Positions 1-14,075 of a stretch of DNA of 64,000 nucleotides are shown piece after piece. Positions within the stretch are counted from its first letter, which is position 1; each line of letters starts with the position of its first letter. The DNA lies in the NCBI GenBank assembly GCA_003344405.1, contig NOWV01000126.1:124001-188000 (forward strand), in the 5' to 3' direction. This DNA comes from Trichoplax sp. H2 (lineage: Eukaryota). The notes beneath the pieces were generated by a model. The model saw nothing but the letters and a program-made list of their open reading frames with translations, did not search any database and had not been told where the DNA came from. The position numbers were made by a program, and so were the translations under genes.

Positions 1-1584
1 TATATAATGAACAGCTAATGTCGAAACTAATTCAATAAAGGAGTTACTACATGATGAATACGTATACTGTATTAGAAATATATTTTGGATAGGCATTATA
101 TAAATCCAAAAAATATTCCAGATAATTCATGATATACTCGATACAAATACAAGTAAAAATTTCTTAAAGCTATCATTTTAGATTTTCTATCTTAAATTAA
201 TTTAGGAAATAAAATATCTTGTATACAGCTCATTAAATTTCAAAAACTTCTTAAAAACCCTTCAACGTATGTTGTAGTCTCAGCTAATTATAGTAGTTAT
301 TGAAGTACGCTAGCATTAAGAAGCAGAATAGTCTACTAATTAGGTAATTTCATGATTGCTGATGATGATACGGTGTACTTATACTATTCGTGCTATATGT
401 TTATAAGGCCGCAGTAGTCGACTATATAAGATGATGTTTTTATGTAATGTCTTAATATAGCTGTTAGATAATATGGAATTGTTATCGTGGAGACGAACCT
501 GATTATTCGGTTTATCATAACCATTTTCGACTGTTATTATGAGGTACGAAAAGGGGAGTCTTCTCTTGTCGAGCGTTCTATCTGTAAACGGTTACTTTTA
601 AGATTAAACGCGGCGTTTGCCTGATCTTGTATTAGGTTAGAGATTTGCTTACTTTTAGTAATTCAGATTTTAAGATAGACAATTGCAAACTTGAGGGGTT
701 ATAAAACCCAGCACTTCAGCTTGAAACTTTCTTATACTACAAGTTTACGTATGCATCAAATTGCACGCAGAAATATATCTTGAGCAGTAGGTGTAAATAC
801 GACAACACTTGTATGATAAGAACTACTATTGCCTTCGTTTTAAATTCTCCCATATTCTTTTACAAGCTTAAAGAACCGGTCGTTTATATTATAAGAATTC
901 ATAAATGAAAACTTTGATTCATGTTAAAAAATAGCTGTTAGATTTATGAAAATTTCTAGGTAATTCCATCTGCTCAGTAATACTCCAAAAAATTCTAAAA
1001 GCATTCAAGAATTTTAGGCTACTTTATGTAAGCTATAGAATTAATATAAAATATGTTACGGACTAAAATTTCACGAAGTATACTAAAGAAAATGAGAAGA
1101 CATACTTTCTCTTCTATCATTACCACTGCTATACCGCTACGCCGATAATAAATACAGGGACTAATCTAAAGTAAAGTCCCTGGGCAATGTACTATAAAAG
1201 AACTATGCTTCTTTTAGTATTCCCTAGCCAACTACAGTAGTCAGTGTACCACACGAAGAACTCGAAGAAATCGCTAAAAGCGCCTTACTCATCAATTGCA
1301 CGGTCTTAAATAGATTTTTAACATTATGATGGCTCCGACCGCAAGCAGAGTTATAATTTTAGTAAATTTTTCAATAAATGATGCTAATGCATCCAAAATG
1401 TATCCATTATTACTAGCAAAGACTAATAAAAGTCTTATATTAGTTATAATAATGCTAATGTTGAATCAATCGGAATAAAAATCTAATATTCCGATCTAGA
1501 AATGTCATTAAAAGGTTCTTATATTTTTATGAATGAATAACCGTGTTTATCTCAGATTTTGCTCGCTCCAACATTTTTGGTTGT

Positions 1585-2400
1585 TGTAGTGTATTTAGAA
1601 TATACTGTAACTATATTCTACTCGTAAATATAGACATGTTGTATTGCTCTTATATTTAGACAGATCTACAGTCCGCTTATTCTACATTCATATATAGACT
1701 ACTGTATTTAGTTATTACGGTACTCGCTGTTTTCTACAATCATCTGCTATTTTGTAACCTGTTATGGTATTTGTTGTATCTAATTCCACAATCCTATTCT
1801 CTGCATGTGCTCTATCTTTTAAACTATAAATACCGGCGATTTCTACCTCAGAGTTCGTTAGCCTCCCAGTTAGTCTTCTAGTTAGTCTCTCACAGTCTAA
1901 TACTTCTACTCGTTACTCACGACAGCTTGCACGCTGATCTACCGTAACTACCTCACTGTACTTCACATTACTAACCTACTATAAAGCATAACTTTTATAA
2001 ACCCTTTGGTGTAATAACTGTAAATGGCGACTAAATCTCAATCCTCTGAGATATTGAACCCTCCATCACAGTTTTAATTTTAAAAACAACTAAAAAATTG
2101 TCAATTTTAAAGGGGTAGAATCGATAAGTCCATCCAAAAGATGACAACAGAGTAAAAGTTAGATAATTATAATGAACAATGAGAACCTGCAATTACCTGA
2201 AGACTATAAGGATGGATAGCACTAAATTATACTCAAATGATTTAATTTGCAAAACTGAAAATAAATAAATTTAGCAGAATTCGTAGTTCAGAGATGAATT
2301 GAAGACTTTTAAAAATAGGTAAGAATTGATATAGAGTTATATACTTCAATCATTATTTGAGCAAATAATTACAAGAATTATACTGCAAGTCTTTATCAGG
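1585..2400 (+). mobile_element. Possible decayed 5' end of a Ty3/gypsy element (LTR, primer-binding site, gag remnant)
   Basis: TG start, TATAAATA at 1825, ATAAAG at 1981, TGGTGTAATAACTG at 2007 resembling a tRNA-Leu-type PBS (TGGTGTCAGAAGTG), ATG 2024 giving MATKSQSSEILNPPSQF followed by stops and frameshifts. Confidence 0.3.
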
Positions 2401-3323
2401 AGATACCTTACAGTAAAAATTACTAGTTTCCGTCAAATTCAATCCTTTTGTACTCCGTAGTTGAGAACACACGGTAATTCTCATAGAATTTAATCACGAT
2501 ATTTAGAGATAGCTAGCATGTGGGCATTATCAGTAATGAATACTCGTATGTATGTATGATTTAATAGTAAATTTATACAATTTTTGTTAACGAAGGTAGC
2601 GTAAAAATTAAATAATTCTTTTCTAGAATTTTTCCTTACTAGCAATTATATAGACTTATTTCTAAGGCTTACGATTATACTTTACATTTTATTCGTTGAT
2701 AGAACTACGTGCGTAATTTACCTTTACTTTACCCAAAGCCATATTGGCTGATTACATATTACCATATATGATAAAGGGAATTTTAATACTACTTGGGACT
2801 TTTAAGTTGACGTCAGCAATTATAATAAAGCATTCATGGTAACCTACCTTTACCTTATTTTTTATGATATATCATTTTTATAGAAGGCGATAAAAATCTA
2901 AACCTATTCAAAAGATTTTATTACAGTAAGTAACTATTTAATATTGCAATCTTAAGGAATAGAATAAATTATTATGGCGCATATTACGTATTATTACTTT
3001 AGTAATAAACAGTGAACATAAAGATCACTATACAGTAAATAATTAGAAGTTGAACTAGCCTATAGTTTTTTAACGATTTATCAATTGATTATAGTAATAT
3101 CAATCACAACTGAAGTATTGTTCAATTCTTTAATTTTTGTTATGCAATAAACGAAAACGTTTTATAGGATTTATATAATTGCACTAATTCGTAACTTAGG
3201 ATAATTATAGATAGATACGGTTACTGCTGATTTATAAGACGAAATATTTTCTAGCGATATGTAGACTTTATTACGAGTAATAGGCTATCAGGCAAACTAG
3301 ATTAGCAAGCTAATGTTGGTTGT

Positions 3324-3951
3324 TGTGATAATGTTATATACTGTATCAGAGTAGAAATATCTATGTTAGGATAATTCTGTTAGCCTATCCTTATTTAGTT
3401 AACTTCTAATTTGGCTATACTATGATTATCATATAGCACTGACTTTTTATGATAGTGACACATATTCACTTACTGAAAATAATAGTTACAATAGGGAATG
3501 CAAATCATTTACTTACAGTTCGAATCATTATGATTTTAACTTACTTATGGTAGATTGTAAATTATTGTGGAAATGTTTCGTGATAGGTATATCGTAATCT
3601 GACTATTCTGTATTAATCATCAGATGTCTATGTTCATAAATACTGTTGTCTGCGTTAGGGAGCAGTAACTAAAATTAATATTTAACTCAGTGAATGATTC
3701 CAAAGTTAATCGTACTAACTATAATTCATGAACTATTGAGAAAGAGTATATGAATACAGTATATCGTGTAATAAAGTCGATTCTCAAGCTTAGTGTTTAA
3801 CGTAAAATACGAGGCGTCTAAGTCTTTGTGTAGTCTGCTAGTAGGGCAAAAGTGTTTTTGATAGTGCAGATATCATTCCTTGATACGTGGTTTAAGGAAT
3901 TGACTTATTGATCGTACATTACGTTATCTTGTTGCAAGGCTGTTTTTGACA
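3324..3951 (+). mobile_element. Solo LTR, family A (628 bp)
   Basis: TG...CA ends, TSD GTTGT at 3319-3323 and 3952-3956, internal AATAAA; homologous to three other full copies. Confidence 0.88.
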
Positions 3952-4402
3952 GTTGTATAGTAATATTTAATCTACTGCAGTAGCTATCTACTGTATTGTT
4001 ATGTACTCTATAAGCTAGCATATGCAAAAGATTTTATTTCCTTTTGATCTATTAATTAAACGATGTGATTATTGCTAGTTAATAATCGATATTTCTGTAG
4101 CCATCTTTCAAATTTATAGTTACTGTGATGCTATCGCGTATCATAGGTTTTAGTTGCACCTTCACGTTCCATTATTAGTGGACGCCCTTAAATTCAATTT
4201 ACCCCATTACCTAGGTAAGATAATCGACGAAATTACTGAGATTCTGTTTTAATTCTGACTGATAACAGATTAATATTATAATATTAGTCATACTGCGAAA
4301 TATAATTTTAATGTAAATTTGTTTTATATAAATGGGTATATCCGACCACTATGAATTCTATTCTTACTTCATGATACCTTATNNNNNNNNNNNNNNNNNN
4401 NN

Positions 4403-4661
4403 TTACGTAGACATTATTCACACCAGCCAAAGTACGATGAATTAACCATATCCTAATATATGATTTACAGTTCTATTTTTACCTACAGCCATATTAGTAA
4501 CTCAACAGCTTACTGTATATAGTCATCTGTACTCTAGCATAGAGTCTCTACCACTGCAGTCTATAGTTACAGCTACCAAATATCTCTTAGGATAAATATC
4601 TACCGTACATTATACTACACATGGCTAATAGTCTACAATCACAATACTAAGTTACATTACA
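4403..4661 (-). mobile_element. LTR family C, partial (truncated by gap)
   Basis: Reverse complement of ~13525-13785; ends ...TTACATTACA exactly at the start of the duplicated flank. Confidence 0.8.
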
Positions 4662-5753
4662 CTAGGTAAGATAATCGACGAAATTACTGAGATTCTGTTT
4701 TAATTCTGGCTGATAACAGATTAATATTATAATATTAGTCATACTGTGAAATATAATTTTAATGTAAATTTGTTTTATATAAATGGGTATATCCGACCAC
4801 TATGAATTCTATTCTTACTTCATGATACCTTATTAATTTTTCTTCATAATTTTGCTAATTAATTCCATATTAAAGGGTTTATTTATTGAAACATATGAGT
4901 AGTAATATCAACAATATTTACGGTAAAATAAAGCACTCGGACATTTAAAGTTTGAAGACAACAGATGTTTTAATGCTAAATTTGACACAAACTACGATTA
5001 TTCAATCTTATTCCTTAAAATTGTTACATTAAATTAAACTGTAATTTATTATATAAAATTATAATTGATAGCATCATCGAGCACTTAAGCTGAGCTTTTG
5101 ATTGGATAACTCACTTAAGATTATAGCAACTACCGTAGCTATTCGTAAAAGTCTGTGGACAAAATTCAACGGTTACGTTAAGGTCATATTGGATATGATG
5201 TGAAAGGATTATTATCTCTACATCAAAAGCTGTAAGTTGTTCATAAGGCTGATCATATTTGATTCTTAATTGTTCTAATTTGGGTTTAATTGATGATAAT
5301 AAAAATTTTAACGTCAACATTTTATAATATTACTAGAAATGACAATGGCGATTTAGCCTACCTGCTAGTCTTATTAAAGTATGAATTATTCACTCAAATA
5401 TGTTAGCATACAGTATTGGTAGAAAAATTAATGTACGCCAATACATTTTTGGCCTACCAATAGAAACGAAGCTACATTATAAAAACTGTATTATATAATT
5501 CTAAATAAGGGATAAATTCATTATAATAAATAAATAAGGATTTCTTTATCTATATTCGGTCTCTATTTTAAATATTTAATCTTAGTGGTTATACTCCATT
5601 GAAATTGATTTAAAAAAGTTTTAAACAATGCACTAATCATTGAAAAAAGTTTATGTAATTAGCCTTATAGTCAGTCTACTAATCACCTATTTGTAAATTA
5701 AAACAGATTTAAACCGATATAGTCGAGAGATATCACTTTTCAACTTAGTAATC

Positions 5754-6719
5754 ATGGCAGAAAACCTAACCATTAATTCGACAAGTACTTCATCAAGCGA
5801 TGTTATTATGGCATCCATCGGTGTTATTGGAGTTTTAAGTAATATCTTTTTACTAGTAATCATTATTCGTTCCAAAAAATTTCAAGATGTTTCTTATATG
5901 TTTGTTATCAACGTAGCTCTCTCTGATTTTCTAACATCATTTGTCCTATGTTGCCTATTTTTACCCAAAATTTTAATTCCTGATTTCATGAGCTTTGTCG
6001 GCTATTCATTTTGTAAAATACTTTATTTCGTTTTTGCCTCTACATATGATGCTTCAGCTTTTAGTTTAATTATTATAAGTATATACAGATTTAAAATTAT
6101 AACTGATCCTTTACATTATCGATCTAATTCACTTATATGCAAACACTCGGCTAAAGTGATTTTGATCATGTGGATCATCAGTGGATTGATTTCAGCGCCA
6201 GCCGCTTTACTTACGACAACAACCTACATTGGGGAAGCACGCTGCGATGTCTATTACCCTTTCGGCTACACTCCCAATATTATTTATTTTACCTCTTTTT
6301 TCTTCATTACTTATGTTATACCTTTAACTATGATGTCACATAACTATATTCGAATCAGCAAGGATCTTTATTCTCGTACTTATCCAAAAAATTACGGCAA
6401 TTTATTGCGGGTTCGTCTACCAAGACATAATCGCAATAAAAGTGTTATTCAGTTTTTGATAGGTATTACATGCGCTTACATGATAACATCGGGGCCAATA
6501 TTTCTTGGACTTATGGTTTTATCTATAGCTGGTGGATCTTATACACAATTACGGGAAAGTAATTATTTGCTATCTAGATTGCTGGTAGCCTCTCTCGGAA
6601 TATCGGCATCTACTTGTTTTATTAATCCAACTTTATGTCTAATATTTGACAAAAATATAAGATCAGAAATTCGGAGAATATTATATAAAACACCGCCTGA
6701 ATCCGTCGTATCAACTTGA
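5754..6719 (+). CDS. Intronless rhodopsin-like (class A) orphan GPCR, paralogue 1, 321 aa
   Basis: Seven hydrophobic segments; TM1 GVLSN, TM2 ALSD, TM3 Cys (FCK) and SIYRF at the DRY position, TM4 W, ECL2 CDVYYPFG, TM5 YVIP, TM7 NPTLC, helix-8 FDKNI; N-terminal N-glycosylation sequons. Confidence 0.93.
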   Translation: MAENLTINSTSTSSSDVIMASIGVIGVLSNIFLLVIIIRSKKFQDVSYMFVINVALSDFLTSFVLCCLFLPKILIPDFMSFVGYSFCKILYFVFASTYDASAFSLIIISIYRFKIITDPLHYRSNSLICKHSAKVILIMWIISGLISAPAALLTTTTYIGEARCDVYYPFGYTPNIIYFTSFFFITYVIPLTMMSHNYIRISKDLYSRTYPKNYGNLLRVRLPRHNRNKSVIQFLIGITCAYMITSGPIFLGLMVLSIAGGSYTQLRESNYLLSRLLVASLGISASTCFINPTLCLIFDKNIRSEIRRILYKTPPESVVST

Positions 6720-9700
6720 AGAGATAAAATTTTAGGCAGTTTTTTAAAGGGGAAGCATAAATGTTCGTCTTGTATGATTTTTCTTTCTCTTCCACGTTTT
6801 GTTATTTATTCATTTAGATTAAAGTAATCATAAAATTGTTACGCTAGATGATGAAAGTAGTTTGGTGCTACGTTGATATGATTCCTAGTAGTATAGTGCT
6901 ATGCAATATAATTTAAGTATTCTATTGGCGAAAAATTGATATAAAAGGCGACTATGATTATCAGCAGGTATTGAAAAAGACCAATTAAACTATCTATTTA
7001 TGCTCATTATGTACGCTCTACTCATGTGCGTGATTTACGTGAAATTAAAATTTTTTAAATTAAATTATATCAAGATGTTTTCTGTAGATCATTTTTTAGC
7101 TTATTCGTAATAGAGTATCGTAGATATGAGTATAGAACGTGTACTAGAAAAAATTACTTTTTAGAACGTAAATTAAAAATTTTTTTATATAAACATGTAA
7201 AGATGTTTTCTTGGATATAAGAAAGCTCATGAGAGAAAAGGAAAGGCTTCCATGATATGAATGATAGTTTTATTAGAATATTGCATTGTATACAATTTTG
7301 GCACGTTAGCTGGTGTCTTAAGCCCAGTAATCGACAGCGTCTATATTACAAAAAACGTTAAGGCTACAAAAATAACAAAAGTAGGCTTGCAGATATTTCT
7401 ACTGCCTAAATAGTTATTACTTTCGTAGATTAGCGTAAGGTGTTAGTTGCACGAAATCATTCATCAAAAAAAGGATGTAAGGCATGAAAATCGTTACGCT
7501 TTATTTTTTAGCAGATCTTACTCATAATGACAATAAATGTTGCTAAGTTACTCTATCTAGTTTCAGCTACGTCAATATGATCAAGACTTCCTTTTAGGTA
7601 TAAAAATACTTTGTCTCTAATGTATGTTACTAATAAATAATTACGCAATTGTGTAGATGTTGTGGCAAATTATTTTGATGCTACGACGTGATTGAAATAT
7701 TTAGATCATCTATTATACAATTATTAATTAGGTGGCCAATATCTCTAGCTCTTTAAGGAATTTTGCAATTGTCAGTTTCCTAGTCCTTTTGTTTAAATTT
7801 CTAAACTACTATTAATAACAGTCATCTACTATGAAATGCGTCGATGATTCTAGCGAGACATAACACAGATTAGTACTGCTACTAGTCATACCATCCACCC
7901 CTTATTGTAAATCCATTATTCCTCCTAATCGTAAAGACTTATTAGCGTAGGTAAATTCTGCGTTGTAAAGGGCTAGAAATGTTCGTTTTTAATCTATCTA
8001 TTTTAAAAGCGGTATGTTTGTAGTATTTCAATGCTAAAGTAATAAAATATTTAAGCAGTGAGGTAATAGCTATTAATTAAGCTCTGGTATTGTTCTAATA
8101 AAGATAATAGAAGTATCATTGCTAGTAATTAGTTATTGTCTATATTTCTTACCTGTATATTATTACTAACAATAAGATCAATTTATCCGAAATTAAAGTA
8201 TCGTTAAAATTGCAAATTTTACTATCATCAAAGTATTTACTGGACGGACTACGTACGGTAGTGATTTTCTGATGCACTCTTCTTGCTTGCAGTTGGATTA
8301 TTGAATAAACTAGCCACAATTGCAATATCAGTGCTTCATATTACGAATTCTTTAACTTTTATATGGCTATAAAGGAAGCTGTTCGTACGCTACAGTCAAA
8401 TAACTCAAAAATTTCAACATATTGGGCTTGATGCAAATCAAGAGTTTTACTGCCTGGTTAAAATTTATCGGCCACATTTATATTTATCAAATAGAAGGAT
8501 TTGCAGCCTGACCTTTCGGAATTCTAACTTCTTTAATTTATCAGGAAGCTATGAAGGTTAACTGCGGTTTACCAAATGACCAAGACTTACTGCAGATTTT
8601 GATTAACCTGAATCAACTTAAACCACTACTGTATGTCTTTTCCGTGATCTCCGTTCTTAGATCATACTTACTCATTTTTGAGACAATCAGATAACCTGTA
8701 TTCATTTGAGAAGGGTTATTATTTAAACCACAATTTGTAGCTTAGATTTTTAGAGCCAAGGTTAGAAGAGCTATCGCTTGATCTTACCAGTGCTTTATTC
8801 GATTCTAAGTTAGCAACATTTTACCAAAATTACTTCCAATGTTATTGAAACATTAAAATATCATATAATTATAAAGGTAGTAGACATTTTACGTGCTTCA
8901 GAGCAGTAATCAAGCTTCAGTATCTCAGCACATAAGGAAGTAAAAATTGATCCCTAATAAATGTATCTATTAAGTATAGAGAGTGATTAAAAATTAAATA
9001 TAACTTTAGTTTCATTGATGGATGGGATATTTATCAAAGTAATTTTAAGGATGTCCTTCACCGGAATTGTCTTTTTTCGGACACGCACATAAGATTAAAG
9101 TCCTGTAATGGTAGTCTGCTGATGATAATGTAAATATCTCTGCTGCAAATAAGTTACTCATAATAAGAAACATTTAGACATTACTATTGAGTTGTATATG
9201 AGTAGCCAATCATAAATTTTTACTTGAAATCAAGTTCATATTTTTATTATGCGTATCTGAAATTAATTTAAAAACATAATGTACACCAAACTTTCATGAT
9301 CCTGATATTATAGCAAGAGCGCGTATCCATTTTAAATCTTTTCAAAAGACTAATTTTATTTATTGAGAAAGTATAGAGCTTTTTTTACTTTTAAAAACAA
9401 TATAAGTGATTGCTAATTGTAATATCCTTCGTTCTATAAGTACTTGTAAATATAACTAGGTGAATTTTATGATAATACACATTCGCTATCGGTTGTTGAC
9501 ACGTAACATGTTATATGCTGGGCCTGCCATGGCAATAGATCTGCAAAGACACTACAAATTTTCTTACTATTAGTTCGGAGTAATGGTTGCACTGGTTTAA
9601 GGGAGTTTTACCGAGTTATAAAATTTTTTTTACCATATTATCAGAATAGCAGTTTTCGTTCGTTAAAATTTTGGTTGGAGTTTTATTGAAATGAAATTAT

Positions 9701-11120
9701 CTACCATATATTCATTTAGGTATCTGTATAGATTTCTGCTTGTTTTGTTGCTCATCTTAGCAGGATTAATGCATTACTTGTCTTATATCATCGCTAAATA
9801 GCTGATCAAAATAATCGTAATCACCTTGATAAATTGCAGTATCTACCTTAATATTACCGTTACATCACTAGAATCTGAGAGCGGGCCAATGAATGAATCA
9901 TATACATAGAAAACTGAAGCAGGTTTGTTTATAATAGAGATATCTTTGCGATATTGTCAAAAATTTCTTTATATAAATATACTATAGCAGCAAATTAATA
10001 ATGTGTTAGTCAATACGATGCTTACACTATCATGCTGCTTGCTTACAAACGTAGAATGTAAATTAACAATTTGATCATACAGTTTCTAAAGTATCGCAAT
10101 TTGTTACGCTAATGCAGCGCTTCGATCTTTACTTGGCTATTTTATTTCTTACCCAATTTCCTATATAAAATAGCACTAAGGCTGTAGCCTCTTTGCAATT
10201 TGTATTAGTCATTGAAATTTTTATTATTATGTTATCATGATTTCACACTGTATCAAAAGTTTGAATTTTTTTGGAATATAATAGCATCGATTATAATTCA
10301 GCGATACAATTGGAGTCCTGTTCTATATAATATACATAGGATATTAATGCCAAATAATGCCAATGACGATTCTTTCTGTCATTATAATAATTAAAGTATT
10401 GTCATTGCAGTTGATTTATATTATCAAATTATTACTAATAATGAAATAAATGTTCAATACACTAACAATAAGATGACTATCTGAATACCCTATAGCTATT
10501 ACTATACACCTCAGAGGTCACGAATGGTTCAAAACGTCGATAAGCCTATTTTCTCAAATAGCGTATTTAAAATTACTGATTAAAGTTTTTCGATTCCCCT
10601 TCCTCTTTATATGAGCTTAAGAATTTACATACTGGCCTGATTTATTGATTTCGCTATGCTGCATTACGAAACGCAGCTGCTTGTACTGTTTAAAAGAAAT
10701 TCTACTTGACTAGCTATGGTTACTGCTATAAAGTGCTATTTCTATCCCTACCCTTAAACAATCCCTTAATACGTTATCTTCTACATGCAGCGGTTAAATA
10801 AATAAATTATTACTTGCTGTTACTGTGCTCGATATTTCTTGAATATTACTAAATATGAGAGGCTGGTATCCGTGTATTCGTGTAATATAGAATTTAACTA
10901 TATGTAAACTTGATAATTAATTTTTAATCCAAGTTCCACTGAGACTAATGTAGAGTACGCTGTCATGAACATACAATAATTAGAAGAAACAAAATCAATT
11001 TAACCTAAATCCGTGTCGCCTGATTCAACTCTATAGTATTGGAATAGCTTAGTTTCCTTATACAGATTCTCATGAAGTTAGTCGGAGATTAAGAAGAGTA
11101 GATAAATTAGATTATGTCCG

Positions 11121-12247
11121 TGTCACGGTACGCCGTTACTAATTAAGTAACTGTAAATTAATGAATGCTTATGAATAGATAAGATAAGGTTATGTGCTAT
11201 GTTTTAATGCGCTTGTAGCTGATAATAGGATGGTAGAAATAAGATAAAAATAGAAGTTGTTAGCAGTTAATTTACTGTAGGTTTATAAGTTGTGTTAATC
11301 TCTAAAAATTGAGCTGTATATNNNNNNNNNNNNNNNNNNNNTATTTCTTGAATATTACTAAATATGAGAGGCTGGCATCCGAGTATTCGTGTAATATGGA
11401 ATTTAACTATATGTAAACTTGATAATTAATTTTAAATCCAAGTTCCACTGAGACTAATGTAGAGTACGCTGTCATGAACATACAATAATTAGAAGTAACA
11501 AAATCAATTTAACCTAAATCCGTGTCTCCTGACTCAACTCTATAGTATTGGAATAGCTTAGTTTCCTTATACAGATTCTCCTGAAGTTAGTCGGAGATTA
11601 AGAAGAGTAGATAAATTAGATTATGTCCGATGACGAAAACTATTTTGTGACACTTGCTTAAAGTTGTTGTTGAATACTAGCACAAGTGCCGTTCAAGTGA
11701 ACCGCTAGAGAAAATGCTCGCTATTCCAGTGCTATTATCTACATATTTATGTTATATATATATTTTTATTTGAAAATTGAATATTCTGGCATATTTATTG
11801 TAATTATGAATAAATNNNNNNNNNNNNNNNNNNNNAATCTCTAAAAATTGAGCTGTATATGGACGAAGGTTAAGCGTCTTAACACCTGATAGCTTGTAGC
11901 TATCTAAGTCTGAGGATATCGACATGTATATTTAGTAATGGTATTATACTAATTAATGTAACTTGCAAAGCATGAATTCTCACTCGTTAATATTGGAATT
12001 CACTGTAGAAACCTATTTAAGCGCGTGTGTTTGTAGAATAAAAAAAGTAATTGCTCAAGAAACGGCAAGACTCATATCGCGAAGAATAGTGTAATAATTA
12101 GTCAGTTGCCTGTGGAGATCAGCCGAGAAATCGAGTTCTCAAATACTTCTCTCATAGAAACTGAAAGTACTGGGAGAAATAGCCCAAGTTTTAAGTAACT
12201 ACACTATAGTTCTTTACTTTCCTTTGCCACAAGTGAGGGTTGTGACA
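11121..12247 (+). mobile_element. Solo LTR, family E (~588 bp once rejoined), interrupted in the assembly by the empty-allele contig 11342-11815
   Basis: TGTCAC...GTGACA termini; TSD GTCCG at 11116-11120 and 12248-12252; halves 11121-11321 and 11836-12247 overlap by 25 bp; AATAAA inside. Confidence 0.85.
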
Positions 12248-13524
12248 GTCCGATGACGAAAACTATTTTGTGACACTTGCTTAAAGTTGTTGTTGAATAC
12301 TAGCACAAGTGCCGTTTAAGTGAACCGCTAGAGAAAATGCTCGCTATTCCAGTGCTATTATCTACATATTTATGTTATATATATATTTTTATTTGAAAAT
12401 TGAATATTCTGGCATATTTATTGTAATTATGAATAAATGAACTTTAGAAGTGATCTGTTTATAATATAGATAATTAGTGTTCTGCGGCAAATTATTCTCT
12501 GCGAATGAGATGCTGTATTTTATTTACAGCAAGATATCACAATGAAGCCCCTTTTAAATTACCCAGTATTTTATATTCATTATTACACAACATATGGACA
12601 AATATGTTAGCCAAATTCTTCTTCTTAATGAAATGATCTCATAAACTAATCTACTTTATCGCATAGATTCATCATCCAGCTCTATACTTACTATGGCTCA
12701 TTGAAAAAATTCTACAATTGTGTATTGATGTCAAGCTATACGACTAATACCATACATCATTATTGAGGAAATAAATTAAGAAATAAATTCAATTAAAACA
12801 ATTAATAACTTTACATTGAGGTGAAAGTAGTTTATCATTATAAAATTCAAAGCGGAATACTGCCCAAAACCGATGTGCGTCGTGAGCTTTAGTATTCTCA
12901 GTCACATAAGCATTGATCATTAGCTATAACACTGAAGTTAACCTTTCGCAGAGAGTTACGTCAAGTGGCTCTTACAGGGTAGAAACCCCAACTCGGCATG
13001 ATTGTCAACTCTCAAATCGGTGATTTTAATAGTAGACTAAATATGTAGTATATAAATCCAGATGGTAGAGAAGCTGTCAGTCGTCATTTGGCACTGTAGT
13101 CAAACGTTTTCGTCCTTTAATCTGTAAAACTCCTGGCTTTTATACTCTCTCTTCAAAGGATTGTGCGGTAGAGTATCTGTACGCAGTAATCGAACTCTTA
13201 GAAAGATATTATCTTTTTTATAAGAGAAATCAAAGATCAGATCGTGTTTTCTGATTATGACTGCTTCGGGTTAAATGTGTGTTCTGACACATATAAAATA
13301 GAGCATAAAGCGATACAAATTTAGGTCTTAGAATATACGATAGCCATATCTTTTATTAGTATCAATTTACATGTATAAGCGAGTATATTGGTAACAATAT
13401 CACACTCTAGTAGTGTGGCCAATTAAAGTATTTGTTATAGTTTAAAAAGACTCTTATGCTATTTTAGTGAGTTGTAAGAGTTATTTCTTAATCGCAGATC
13501 AAGATGATTAGTTATTTTACCTAC

Positions 13525-14075
13525 TGTAATGTAACTAGTATTGTGATTGTAGACTGACAGCCATGTTTAGTGTAATGTACGGTAGATATTTATCCTAAGA
13601 GATATTTGGTAGCTATAACTATAGACTGTAGTGGTATAGACTCTGTGCTAGAGTACAGATGACTATATACAGTAAGGTGTTGAGTTACTAATAAGGCTAT
13701 AGGTAATAATAGAACTGTAAATCATATATTAGGATATGGTTAATTCATCGTACTTTAGCTGGTGTGAATAATGTCTATGTAAGTACTGTAGTCGTATGTA
13801 TATTGGATTAATGATGGTTCGCAGTAGAATAGTGTTACTAAGAATAATTTTACTATGTGTAAAATAAGGTAAAAGGTTGCCATGCGGATTGTAGCTGTGA
13901 ATGCTACGAAAAGTATAAAACCATGCAACTTTATATTATTGTGTTAGTTCGTTGTAGAAGTCTTTAGCAGTAGTATTCGGCTAGAGTAGAGCTGTGTGTA
14001 GTTAATCTTTGTATAAGATTCAATAAAGTCCTTATTTTATTAAAATTTGGAATTTCGTGATCAGCATATATCACT
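13525..14075 (+). mobile_element. Solo LTR, family C (551 bp)
   Basis: Starts TGTAATG; AATAAA at 14022; TSD CCTAC at 13520-13524 and 14076-14080 (terminal CA appears mutated to CT); three homologous copies elsewhere. Confidence 0.82.

Noticed and set aside
230-1500. Stretches that read like decayed coding sequence
   Set aside because: Frequent stops and no family motif I can identify
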